Origin: Patescibacteria group bacterium
GTDB lineage: Bacteria; Patescibacteriota; JABMPQ01; JAQVVF01
Direction of reading: 5' to 3'
Assembly (NCBI GenBank): GCA_041662665.1
Contig: JBAZSC010000001.1
Location: forward strand, 449,511 to 513,510
Length of the DNA stretch: 64,000 bases
Shown here in pieces: positions 9,196 to 18,673 of this stretch; within the stretch, counting starts at the first letter, position 1, and the number at the start of each line of letters is the position of its first letter. Position numbers and translations under genes: made by a program. Below the pieces are notes generated by a model. That model had not been told where the DNA came from, ran no database searches, and saw only the letters and a list, made by a program, of their open reading frames with translations.

Positions 9196-11271
9196 ATGCA
9201 AAGTGAACTTCGCCAAAATAGAATCAAAAAATTAGAAGAAATCAAAGCTTTAAACATTGATCCATATCCAGCATATGCAGAAAGAACAAATACATGTCAG
9301 GAAATCATTAACGATTTTGACAAGTTTAAAGACCAAAAAAATATTATAGTTGGTCGTATTTTTTTATTTCGTCCATTTGGCAAAGCAACATTTGCCCAAA
9401 TTGGCGATGAGACAGGAAGAATCCAAGTTTATTTTAAAGAAGAAAATTTAAAAAAGAATTATGATTTAGTCAGAAAATTAGATATTGGCGATTTTATTCA
9501 AGCCACTGGCACATTATTTTTAACTAAAACAAAAGAAAAAACTGTCCAAGTCAGCAATGTAAAATTATTAACAAAATCAATTCTGCCTCTTCCGGAAAAA
9601 TTTCATGGCTTGAAAAATGAAGAAGAGCGCTATCGCAAAAGATATTTAGATTTAATTTCGAATAAAAAAACTTTTGATTTATTCAAAAAAAGAACTCAAT
9701 TCGTAAATTCAATTCGAAGCTTTATGCAAGAATCAGGTTTTATGGAAGTTGAAACTCCGACATTAGAGCATATTCCAGGCGGTGCAGACGCAACTCCATT
9801 CGTTACTCATCATAATGCATTAGACATCGATTTGTATTTACGCATTTCACTTGAGCTTCACTTAAAAAGATTAATTGTCGGCGGCTATGAAAAGATTTTT
9901 GAAATTGGCAAAGTTTTTCGTAATGAAGGAATTTCGCCTCAACATTTACAAGAATTCACAATGATGGAATATTATTGGGCTTATGCAACTTGGAAGGATC
10001 TAATTGGTTTTACTGAAAATTTTTACACCAAAATTATTAATGACACTTTTGGAACATTAAAAATAAAATACAAAGATCAAATTTTGGATTTTACAACTCC
10101 ATGGAAACAATATGATTACATAGAATTAATAAAAGACAAAACTGGTATTGATTTAAACAAAGCAAATACTTTTGAAAAACTGATCGAAGAAATTAGAGCC
10201 AAAAAAATAGAAGTTGAAAATGTAATTGGCTATGGCAGATTAGTTGATAATCTTTACAAAAAAACAGTTAGACCAAGTTTAATTCAGCCATGCTTTTTAA
10301 TTAATCAGCCTGTTGCAATTTCTCCATTAGCCAAAAAGAATGAAAATAATCAAAATACAACACAGCGTTTGCAAGTTTTAATTGCAGGCAGTGAATTAGG
10401 TAACGGTTTTTCAGAATTAAACGATCCATTAGATCAAAGACAAAGATTCGAGCAACAAGCAAAATTACGTAAAGAAGGGGACACAGAAGCGCAAATGATG
10501 GATGAAGATTTTGTTGAAGCTTTGGAATATGGCATGCCTCCAACTGCTGGTTTTGGTGTTGGCATTGATCGTTTATTAGCCATTCTTACAAATTCAGAAA
10601 ATATTAGAGATGTAATTTTCTTTCCACTAATGCGTCCCGAAAAAAATAATTTAGAAGCAAAGTCCAAGCCTTCAAAATATTCAGAAGTTGAAGAAGTGAA
10701 ATCAATGGATTCAGTTATTGACCGCAAAACAGCTTGGGAGTTATTAAAGCAAAATGTTAAAACAGAAAATTTAATTAAGCATTGTTTGGCATCAGAGGCA
10801 ATCATGAAAGCTTTAGCCAAAAAATTAAATAAACCAGAACAAGCTTGGGGAATTACTGGTCTTGTTCATGATTTAGATTTTGATTATACAAAAGAAAAGC
10901 CAGAAAAACATGCTTTGATGACAGCCGATATTTTAAATGAATATGAGGTACCAGAAGATATGATTGATGCAATTAAATCGCATAATTATGAAAATACCGG
11001 CATCACCAAAAAAACAGATTTAGATTTTGCTTTGTCGGCATCAGAACAGCTTAGCGGTTTAATTGTTTCTGCCACTCTAGTCTTGCCAGACAAAAAATTG
11101 CAATCATTAAAACCAGAATCAGTTCTGAAAAAAATGAAAGAAAAATCTTTTGCTAGAAATATCAGCAGAGAAGATATTCAAGATGTAGAAAAATTAGGAA
11201 TTAATTTAGATGAATTTGTTGCTTTAGCTATCAAGTCAATGCAAGAAATCAATAATGATTTAGGATTATAA
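9196..11271 (+). CDS. lysS: Lysine--tRNA ligase (class II) fused to a C-terminal HD-domain hydrolase
   Basis: YLRISLEL, FRNEG, YGMPPTAGFGVGIDRL; then ~190 aa with H...VHDLDFD...H. Confidence 0.93.
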   Translation: MQSELRQNRIKKLEEIKALNIDPYPAYAERTNTCQEIINDFDKFKDQKNIIVGRIFLFRPFGKATFAQIGDETGRIQVYFKEENLKKNYDLVRKLDIGDFIQATGTLFLTKTKEKTVQVSNVKLLTKSILPLPEKFHGLKNEEERYRKRYLDLISNKKTFDLFKKRTQFVNSIRSFMQESGFMEVETPTLEHIPGGADATPFVTHHNALDIDLYLRISLELHLKRLIVGGYEKIFEIGKVFRNEGISPQHLQEFTMMEYYWAYATWKDLIGFTENFYTKIINDTFGTLKIKYKDQILDFTTPWKQYDYIELIKDKTGIDLNKANTFEKLIEEIRAKKIEVENVIGYGRLVDNLYKKTVRPSLIQPCFLINQPVAISPLAKKNENNQNTTQRLQVLIAGSELGNGFSELNDPLDQRQRFEQQAKLRKEGDTEAQMMDEDFVEALEYGMPPTAGFGVGIDRLLAILTNSENIRDVIFFPLMRPEKNNLEAKSKPSKYSEVEEVKSMDSVIDRKTAWELLKQNVKTENLIKHCLASEAIMKALAKKLNKPEQAWGITGLVHDLDFDYTKEKPEKHALMTADILNEYEVPEDMIDAIKSHNYENTGITKKTDLDFALSASEQLSGLIVSATLVLPDKKLQSLKPESVLKKMKEKSFARNISREDIQDVEKLGINLDEFVALAIKSMQEINNDLGL

Positions 11272-11291
11272 TTTTTTAAAACCAAAACATA

Positions 11292-11942
11292 ATGCCAAAT
11301 CCAGAACAACCACAACCAATTCAAGAAAATTTAGCTGATGTTAAAGAGCCTCAACAAAATAATGTTGAAGGTCTTGAAGTTGCTCATGGGGAAGAATTAG
11401 AAAATGTTGTTGATGCAGCAAATGCCTTAGCAGGAAAAATTGAACGAGATGAAAAAGTTACAAAAGGAGAAGTTTATGATTTGCGAGAAGCTTTGGGACA
11501 AGTTAAATTTGATATTGGTGGAGAAATGATGACAATAGAACAGATTAAGCAAATTCCAGATCTGAAAACAAATCTTCCAATATTTCAAGAAATTCAAGCC
11601 GGGAATCTTAAGAGAGTGACAATGCTTTCGTTCTTACCTAAAAATATTGCAGAATCATTGAGCCACCATCATGGTGATCTTTATCTTATCGGTCTTTCTT
11701 CCTTATCTGATGAAGCTGCAGAATCATTGAGCCATCATCAAGGCGATCTTGATCTAAGAAATCTTTCTTCTTTATCTGACGCATCCGCAGAATCATTAAG
11801 TCATCATAACGGTGTTCTTAGTCTCTCTTTCCTTTCTTCTTTGTCTGATAGAGCTGCAGAATCATTGAGCCATCATCAGGGAAATTTAATTACTTCACCA
11901 AAAATTCAAGAACAAATCGATAAATTTAAAACCAAAAAATAA
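11292..11942 (+). CDS. Array paralogue 1: conserved N-terminal domain plus LRR-like repeats
   Basis: MPNPEQ...KIERDEKVT.GEV.DLREALGQ; 22-aa L.L..LSSLSD.AAESLSHH.G repeats; ends IDKFKTKK. Confidence 0.85.
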   Translation: MPNPEQPQPIQENLADVKEPQQNNVEGLEVAHGEELENVVDAANALAGKIERDEKVTKGEVYDLREALGQVKFDIGGEMMTIEQIKQIPDLKTNLPIFQEIQAGNLKRVTMLSFLPKNIAESLSHHHGDLYLIGLSSLSDEAAESLSHHQGDLDLRNLSSLSDASAESLSHHNGVLSLSFLSSLSDRAAESLSHHQGNLITSPKIQEQIDKFKTKK

Positions 11943-12548
11943 ATGCCAAATCCAGAACAACCAATGCAAGAAAAAATAGCTGATGTTAAAGAACCTCAAC
12001 AAAAAGTTGAAGGTCTTGAAATTGCGAAAACAGAAGAATTAAAAAAAGTAGTTGCTGCAGCAAATGTTTTAGCAGAAAAAATTGAAAGAAATGAAAATGT
12101 CACAGCCGGAGATGTTTTAGATTTAAAAGAGGCTTTGGGACAAGTTAAATTTGATTTCTACGGAGATCCATTAACATCAGAAGAAATAAAAAAGATTCCG
12201 AATTTACAAAAAAATATCGAAGTTTATAAAGGGATTAAGGCGAAAAAATTTTTGACTGGAGATTTATCTATACTTACTTATCTACCAGTAAAAATTGCAG
12301 AAACTATTAAGCGAGATTTTAAAAGCTCAATGCTATTTCTAAATGGCCTCACTTCTTTATCTGAAGAAGCTGCTAACAATCTCAAGGATTGGTTGAATGA
12401 ATCAAATTTCAGGACTCTTAGTATTACTGGAATTACTTCATTATCGCCTAAAGTAATTCAAATTCTTGCTCAATTTAAAAGAGAGCCTGCTGTTTCTGAA
12501 GAAATTGGCAATCAAATTGATAAATATAGACGACAATCTTATTTATGA
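11943..12548 (+). CDS. Array paralogue 2
   Basis: Same N-terminal domain, divergent short LRR C-terminus. Confidence 0.85.
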   Translation: MPNPEQPMQEKIADVKEPQQKVEGLEIAKTEELKKVVAAANVLAEKIERNENVTAGDVLDLKEALGQVKFDFYGDPLTSEEIKKIPNLQKNIEVYKGIKAKKFLTGDLSILTYLPVKIAETIKRDFKSSMLFLNGLTSLSEEAANNLKDWLNESNFRTLSITGITSLSPKVIQILAQFKREPAVSEEIGNQIDKYRRQSYL

Positions 12549-12606
12549 AAAAAATACTCATCTTCGGCACATTTGATCTCTTGCATCCAGGCCATCTTGA
12601 TTTTTT
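12545..12606 (+). pseudogene. 5' fragment of the ribL-like gene at 18674
   Basis: Encodes MKKILIFGTFDLLHPGHLDF, then diverges. Confidence 0.85.
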
Positions 12607-12663
12607 AAAAATAAATATTTATAAAAGATGCTACAGAAATTTAAATTTAAAACCAAAAAATAA

Positions 12664-13410
12664 ATGCCACATCCAGAACAACCAATGCAAGAAAATTTAG
12701 CCGACATTAAAGAGCCTCAACAACAAAAAGCTGAAGGTCTTGAAATTGCAAAAACTCCAGAATCAGAAAGAGTTATTGAATCTGCAAATAATTTAGCTGG
12801 AAAAATTGAACGAGATGAAAAAGTTACAGCTGGAGAAGTTTACGATTTAAGAGAAACTTTGGGACAAATGAAATTTGATTTTTATGGCAATAATCTGACA
12901 ATCAAAGAAATTAGGCAAGATCCAAATATTCAAAAAAATATTGGAATATGGCAAGAAATAGAAAGTGGAAATTGGAGAAATCGTGAAAAGCTTACAATGC
13001 TTCCACCAAAAATAGCCAGAGCTTTTAAAAATGTACCTGGAGATGATGTTTATCTAAATAATCTTTCTTCGTTGCAACCAGAATCAGTCAAAGCAATAAA
13101 AGATTGGGAAAAGGTTAGATTTTTACATCTTGATGGGATATCAAATATTTCAAAAGATGTCGCAACAGCTTTAGCGGCCTGGCATGGAGAAAATTTACAT
13201 TTACGCGGGCTTACAACAATATCACAAGAGGAAGCTAAAGCATTAAAAGATTGGTCAGGAACAAGGTTGTATCTTTCAGGACTCATTTCTATATCTGATG
13301 AAGCTGCAGAAGAACTTAAAAAATTTAGTGGTTTTATAGATTGTCCAGATGAAATTCAAAAACAGATTTATGGAATTAGTTTAGTTAGAAGAAGAATTCC
13401 AATGAGATAA
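12664..13410 (+). CDS. Array paralogue 3
   Basis: Same N-terminal domain; W-containing LRR variant (L.L.GL..IS.E.A.AL..W.G). Confidence 0.85.
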   Translation: MPHPEQPMQENLADIKEPQQQKAEGLEIAKTPESERVIESANNLAGKIERDEKVTAGEVYDLRETLGQMKFDFYGNNLTIKEIRQDPNIQKNIGIWQEIESGNWRNREKLTMLPPKIARAFKNVPGDDVYLNNLSSLQPESVKAIKDWEKVRFLHLDGISNISKDVATALAAWHGENLHLRGLTTISQEEAKALKDWSGTRLYLSGLISISDEAAEELKKFSGFIDCPDEIQKQIYGISLVRRRIPMR

Positions 13411-13443
13411 AAAAGATTTATTAAAAATTTCTCAAATCTTAAT

Positions 13444-13505
13444 ATGAAAAAAGTTTTAATTTTCGGTACATTTGATCTCTTGCATCCAGGCCATCTTGAT
13501 TTTTT
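13444..13505 (+). pseudogene. Second 5' fragment of the ribL-like gene
   Basis: Encodes MKKVLIFGTFDLLHPGHLDF, followed by the same spacer as the 12545 fragment. Confidence 0.85.
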
Positions 13506-13561
13506 AAAAATAAATATTTATAAAAGATGCTACAGAAATTTAAATTTAAAACCAAAACATA

Positions 13562-14311
13562 ATGCCAAATCCAGAACAACCACAACCAATTCAAGAAAAT
13601 TTAGCTGACGTCAAAGAACCTCAACAAAATAATGTAGAAGGTCTTGAAGTTGCTCATGGGGAAGAATTAGAAAATGTTGTTGATGCAGCAAATGCTTTAG
13701 CAGAAAAAATTGAAAGAGATGAAAAGGTTACAGAAGGAGAAGTTTATGATTTGCGAGAAGCTTTGGGACAAATGGAATTTAATTATGGTGGAGATTCAAT
13801 GTCTATCACTGAAATTCAGAAAATTAAAGATTGGAAGAAAAATCTTGAAATCCTAAAAGAAATTAACGCCGGTAGCTTTAAGCATATTAGAGAGCTTACT
13901 TTTTTGACTGTCTCAGCTGCAGACGCTATAAGAAAAAAACGAGATGTAGATTTTTTGATAGGAGATTCAACCATACCTTTTGATAGTCTTGCTTCACTTT
14001 CTGATAGAGCCGCAGAATTGCTAAGTCATTGCAAATTGTCAAATTTACGCTTTGACAAGATAACCTCTTTATCTGATCAAGCTATTGAACATTTATCAAA
14101 TTTTTTTGGAGAACTTTATCTCAAAGGTCTTACTTCTTTGTCTGATAATGCTGCAGCTTCATTATCTAAATCTGAATGTTTAGTTCTTGCGCTTGATGGT
14201 TTAACTTCTTTGTCTGACAAAGCTGCAGAATCACTCGCTGAATATAAGGGTCAATTAGCAATAAAAAAAGAATTCAGACTGAAAATCAATCAATTTAAAA
14301 CCAAAAAATAA
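13562..14311 (+). CDS. Array paralogue 4
   Basis: N-terminus nearly identical to copy 1; LRR repeats; ends FKTKK. Confidence 0.85.
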   Translation: MPNPEQPQPIQENLADVKEPQQNNVEGLEVAHGEELENVVDAANALAEKIERDEKVTEGEVYDLREALGQMEFNYGGDSMSITEIQKIKDWKKNLEILKEINAGSFKHIRELTFLTVSAADAIRKKRDVDFLIGDSTIPFDSLASLSDRAAELLSHCKLSNLRFDKITSLSDQAIEHLSNFFGELYLKGLTSLSDNAAASLSKSECLVLALDGLTSLSDKAAESLAEYKGQLAIKKEFRLKINQFKTKK

Positions 14312-14312
14312 T

Positions 14313-15173
14313 ATGCCAAATCCAGAACAATCGCAACCAATGCAAGAAAATGTAGCAGATGTTATAGAGCCCAAACAAAATACTGAGCCAAATATTGAAA
14401 TTGCCCAAACGCCAGAATTAGAAAACGTTGTTGACACAGCCAACGTTTTAGCAGAAAAAATTGAAGGAGATGAAAAAGTTACAGAAGGAGATGTTTATGA
14501 TTTGCGAGAAGCTCTGGGACAAATGAAATTTGATATTGGCGGAAAAATGATGACCGCAAATGAGCTCAGAGAAAATCCAGAATTACTAGCAAATTATAGG
14601 ATTTTGCAAGAAATGAAAAAAGGTAATTTTTCTAATATTCAAAATCTAACTAATCTTTCTTCTGAAACAGCAGAATTTCTTGTAAAACAAGGATTTAAGG
14701 TTGGAAATATATTAGACTTTAGAAAAATAAAAAAATTATCTTTAGATTCATTGAGAATTTTATCGAAATGGGAAGGAACTGCAATTGATTTTAGCGGATT
14801 AACTGATATGCCAAAAGAATTAGCTCGAATTTTGAAAGATTTTAAAGACGTTAGAAATTTAGACTTTAATGGTCTAACTGATTTGCCAAGCGAATCAGCA
14901 GCTATTTTAAAAGACTGGAATGGAGATTGTCTCTCTTTTGATGGACTTGCAACAATATCAAGAAATACAGCAAAAGAACTAAGCAAATGGAAAGGATTTT
15001 TTTTAGAGATAAGAGGAATCAAAACTCTTGATCAAGAAACAGCAAAAATTTTAGGAAAATGGGAGAGCACAAAACCCCGAGTACCATTATTTCCAAAAAT
15101 AGGTCATCGTACTTACTCAAGACGTTTCATCGAGGCTCCAATCAATATTTTAAATCAAATTCATGGAAGATAA
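14313..15173 (+). CDS. Array paralogue 5
   Basis: Same N-terminal domain; W-type LRR. Confidence 0.85.
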   Translation: MPNPEQSQPMQENVADVIEPKQNTEPNIEIAQTPELENVVDTANVLAEKIEGDEKVTEGDVYDLREALGQMKFDIGGKMMTANELRENPELLANYRILQEMKKGNFSNIQNLTNLSSETAEFLVKQGFKVGNILDFRKIKKLSLDSLRILSKWEGTAIDFSGLTDMPKELARILKDFKDVRNLDFNGLTDLPSESAAILKDWNGDCLSFDGLATISRNTAKELSKWKGFFLEIRGIKTLDQETAKILGKWESTKPRVPLFPKIGHRTYSRRFIEAPINILNQIHGR

Positions 15174-15178
15174 ATAAT

Positions 15179-15979
15179 ATGTCAAACCCAGAGCAACTAA
15201 TGCAAGAAAATTTAGCAGATGTCAAAGAACCTCAACAAAATGTTGAAGGTCTTGAAATTGCCAAAACACCTGAATCAGAAAAAGTTATTGAATCTGCAAA
15301 TAATTTAGCTGGAAAAATTGAACGAGATGAAAAGGTTACAGAAGGAGAAGTTGATGATTTGCGAGAAGCATTGGGACAAATGAAATTTGATATCAATGGA
15401 GAAATGATGACCATAGAACAGATTAAAGAAAATCCAGAAATGAAAATAAATTTCAAAATATTTCAAGAAATTCAATCTGGAGATCTACAAAGAAAATATA
15501 ATGTCGGACTTACGTTAGGGATTACATTTCTTCCTAAAAATATTGCTGAAGTGTTGAGCCATTATAATGGAACGCTTAACTTTCACAGACTTTCATTCAT
15601 ATCGGATTCAGCCGCAGAAGCATTGAGCCATCATAAAGGCACTCTTCATCTTAATAAACTTTCCTCTTTATCCGATAAAGCAGCGGAGTCATTGAGTCGT
15701 CATCAAGGATTTTTTCTCTATCTTATTGGGCTGTCTTCCTTATCTGATAAATCTATAGAATCATTGAGCCATTATCATGGTGGGCTTTTTCTCAGTGGTC
15801 TTTCTACTTTATCGGACAATGCCGCAGAATCATTGAGTCATCATCAAGAAAGTATTTATCTTGAAGGTCTTTCTTCTATATCTGATGCTGCCGCAGAATC
15901 ATTAAGCCATCACGACAAGTATTTAGGTGTCTCGCCAAAAATTCAAGAACAAATCAATAAATTTAAAACCAAAAAATAA
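15179..15979 (+). CDS. Array paralogue 6 (start corrected to MSNPEQ)
   Basis: Start set by homology to the other copies; about 6 LRR units; ends FKTKK. Confidence 0.85.
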   Translation: MSNPEQLMQENLADVKEPQQNVEGLEIAKTPESEKVIESANNLAGKIERDEKVTEGEVDDLREALGQMKFDINGEMMTIEQIKENPEMKINFKIFQEIQSGDLQRKYNVGLTLGITFLPKNIAEVLSHYNGTLNFHRLSFISDSAAEALSHHKGTLHLNKLSSLSDKAAESLSRHQGFFLYLIGLSSLSDKSIESLSHYHGGLFLSGLSTLSDNAAESLSHHQESIYLEGLSSISDAAAESLSHHDKYLGVSPKIQEQINKFKTKK

Positions 15980-15980
15980 T

Positions 15981-16628
15981 ATGCCAAATCCAGAACAACC
16001 AATGAAAGAAAATATAGCCGACATTAAAGAGCCTCAACAACATAATGTTGAAGGTCTTGAAATCGCAAAAACACCTGAATCAGAAAGAGTAATTGAATCT
16101 GCAAACAATTTAGCAGGAAAAATTGAACGAGATGAAAAAGTTGCAGCTGGAGAAGTTTATGATTTGCGAGAAGCATTAGGACAAATGAAATTTGATGTTG
16201 GCGGAGAGATGATGACAAAAGAACAAATTAAGCAAATTCCTGATCTGCAAGAAAATCTAAAAATAATGAAAGAAATTAAAGCTAGAGATTGTCGTAGAGC
16301 AAAGCAACTTACATTTTTAACGCAAAAAACAATAGAAAATTTAGGCAAACTTGTTTATAATTTTCATTTAGACGGGATAACATTTTTGACTGATACTACC
16401 GCAGAATCATTAAGCCACCATCACGGAGATCTTTATCTGCTAAACCTCACTTCGTTATCTGACGCTGCTGCTGAATCATTGAGTCACCATCAAGCAGCAC
16501 TTTTTTTTAACAGACTATCTTCTTTATCTGATGCAGCTGCCGAGTCACTCAGTCGTCATTCAGGACTTCTTGGCCTCAATAACAGCAATCTCAAAAGACA
16601 GATAGATAAATTTAAAACCAAAAAATAA
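15981..16628 (+). CDS. Array paralogue 7 (start corrected to MPNPEQ)
   Basis: Same N-terminal domain; about 3 LRR units; ends FKTKK. Confidence 0.85.
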   Translation: MPNPEQPMKENIADIKEPQQHNVEGLEIAKTPESERVIESANNLAGKIERDEKVAAGEVYDLREALGQMKFDVGGEMMTKEQIKQIPDLQENLKIMKEIKARDCRRAKQLTFLTQKTIENLGKLVYNFHLDGITFLTDTTAESLSHHHGDLYLLNLTSLSDAAAESLSHHQAALFFNRLSSLSDAAAESLSRHSGLLGLNNSNLKRQIDKFKTKK

Positions 16629-17474
16629 ATGCCAAATCCAGAACAACCACAACCAATTCAAGAAAATATAGCCGACGTTACAGAGCCTCAACAACAAAAT
16701 GTTGAAGGTCTTGAAGTTGCTCATGGGGAAGAATTAGAAAATGTTGTTGATGCAGCAAATGCTTTAGCAGAAAAAATTGAACGAGATGAAAAGGTTACAG
16801 AAGGAGAAGTTGATGATTTGCGAGAAGCTTTGGGACAAATGAAAATAGATGTTGGCGGAGAAATAATGACACTAGAAGAATTCAAAGGAACTTATCTTGA
16901 AATCTTAAAAGAAATCAAATCTGGAAATTTAACAAGAAGTAACGAGCTCCGCTTTTTGACTGATTCTGTTGCTACGACGTTGGAAAACAGTAGAGGTACA
17001 ATTTTTCTTAGTGGACTTACTTCATTGTCTGATTCAGCCGCTGAAATTTTAAGTCATCATCATTTTGATATTATTCTAAATGGCCTTACTTCTTTATCTG
17101 ATTCTGCTGCCGAGTCTTTTGGCCATCACCGTGGAAATCTTTTTCTTAGAGGTCTTACCTCTTTATCAGACAAAGCAGCTAAATCTCTGGGCCATCGCTA
17201 CGGAGATCTATACCTCGATAGTCTCAAAACTTTATCGGATTCTGCTGCTGAATCTTTGCGCCATCTTGATGGAAGCCTTTATCTTGATGGTCTTAGTACA
17301 TTATCGGATTCTGCTGCTGAATCGTTCAGCAATCAAAGCTGGCGAGTTTATTTTATGGGCTTAGTCTCATTGTCAGACCAGGCAATCGAATCATTAAGTC
17401 ATTTCAAAGGTAATTATCTTGGAGTTCCAGATAACATTAGTGATAAAATCAACAAATTTAAAACCAAAAAATAA
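16629..17474 (+). CDS. Array paralogue 8
   Basis: N-terminus like copies 1 and 4; about 7 LRR units; ends FKTKK. Confidence 0.85.
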   Translation: MPNPEQPQPIQENIADVTEPQQQNVEGLEVAHGEELENVVDAANALAEKIERDEKVTEGEVDDLREALGQMKIDVGGEIMTLEEFKGTYLEILKEIKSGNLTRSNELRFLTDSVATTLENSRGTIFLSGLTSLSDSAAEILSHHHFDIILNGLTSLSDSAAESFGHHRGNLFLRGLTSLSDKAAKSLGHRYGDLYLDSLKTLSDSAAESLRHLDGSLYLDGLSTLSDSAAESFSNQSWRVYFMGLVSLSDQAIESLSHFKGNYLGVPDNISDKINKFKTKK

Positions 17475-17475
17475 T

Positions 17476-18657
17476 ATGCCAAATCCAGAACAACCAATGC
17501 AAGAAAATTTAGCAGATGTCAAAGAACCTCAACAACAAAATGTTGAAGGTCTTGAAATTGCAAAAACTCCGGAATTAGAAAAAGTTGTTGACGCAGCCAA
17601 CGTTTTAGCAGGAAAAATTGAACGAGATGAAAAAGTTACAAAGGGAGAAGTTGATGATTTAAGGGAAGCTTTGGGGCAAATGAAATTAAATGTTGCAGGA
17701 ATCGAAATGACACTTGAAGAAGCAAAAACAAAAGGAAAATTCTACATTGAATTTCTGCAAGGAAAATTTGAACATCATTCAGAGTTAACAATTCTAACTC
17801 CAGAAATGGCACAAATAATCGCTGATAGTCACCGTTGGTTCAGCTTCCCAAAAGTTACAGAAATTTCAGACGAGACAGCGAACATTTTGGGTCGGCATGA
17901 CAGAGATTTAAATCTTTCGGGCTTAACCTCATTAACTGATAGCGCTGCTAGAGCACTTGCTAGACACAAGGGTAACATGAGTGCCTTAGGTTTATCTGGC
18001 TTAACCGAAATTTCTGATGAAGCTGCAAGATGGTGGGGAATGAACAGAAATAGCAGATTATTTTTTAACGGCGTAACAACTCTTTCTGGAGTTGCTGCAG
18101 CAAGATTATCAGCACATGAGTCTGATCTTTATTTGGAAAAATTAGTTGCTCTTCCCGAAGACGTTGCTGAAGGACTTGGTCGTTTTGGAGGCTATGAATA
18201 TAATACTCATATTTTAGATCTGTCTGGCGTTGAAGATCTTTCAGCTGAAAGCGCAAAAAATTTAGTTTCTAATCCCTATAAAAAAATTAATTTAGGACTA
18301 AAAAATATTTCTGATGAAGTTGCTGAACATCTAGGTAAATTAAAAGGTGATTTGCATCTTGAATCTCTGACCGAAATTTCATTAGAAGCTGCTGAGGGGC
18401 TATCTCATATTGAAGGTGCTTTAGTTTTATCAGGACTTACCTCAATATCGGATGATATAGCGAAAAAATTGGCAAAGGTTAAAGGCGCTCTAAATTTGCA
18501 GGGCTTAAAAGAGTTGACTCCAGATGTAGCATCAGCACTCGCAACACATACAGACGAAGATGTTTTGTGGTTGCCAAAACTTCCTGATACTCCAAAAGAA
18601 GTTGAAGAAATTCTTGCTGACAAAACAAAAAAAAGATTAGTTATGTGGTGGAAGTAG
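17476..18657 (+). CDS. Array paralogue 9 (longest; start corrected to MPNPEQ)
   Basis: Same N-terminal domain; about 11 LRR units. Confidence 0.85.
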   Translation: MPNPEQPMQENLADVKEPQQQNVEGLEIAKTPELEKVVDAANVLAGKIERDEKVTKGEVDDLREALGQMKLNVAGIEMTLEEAKTKGKFYIEFLQGKFEHHSELTILTPEMAQIIADSHRWFSFPKVTEISDETANILGRHDRDLNLSGLTSLTDSAARALARHKGNMSALGLSGLTEISDEAARWWGMNRNSRLFFNGVTTLSGVAAARLSAHESDLYLEKLVALPEDVAEGLGRFGGYEYNTHILDLSGVEDLSAESAKNLVSNPYKKINLGLKNISDEVAEHLGKLKGDLHLESLTEISLEAAEGLSHIEGALVLSGLTSISDDIAKKLAKVKGALNLQGLKELTPDVASALATHTDEDVLWLPKLPDTPKEVEEILADKTKKRLVMWWK

Positions 18658-18673
18658 CTTTAACAATAAATAT

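Noticed and set aside
11292-18657. Diversity-generating retroelement as the source of array variation
   Set aside because: No reverse transcriptase in the window and no TR/VR pair differing only at adenines; the variation involves whole domains
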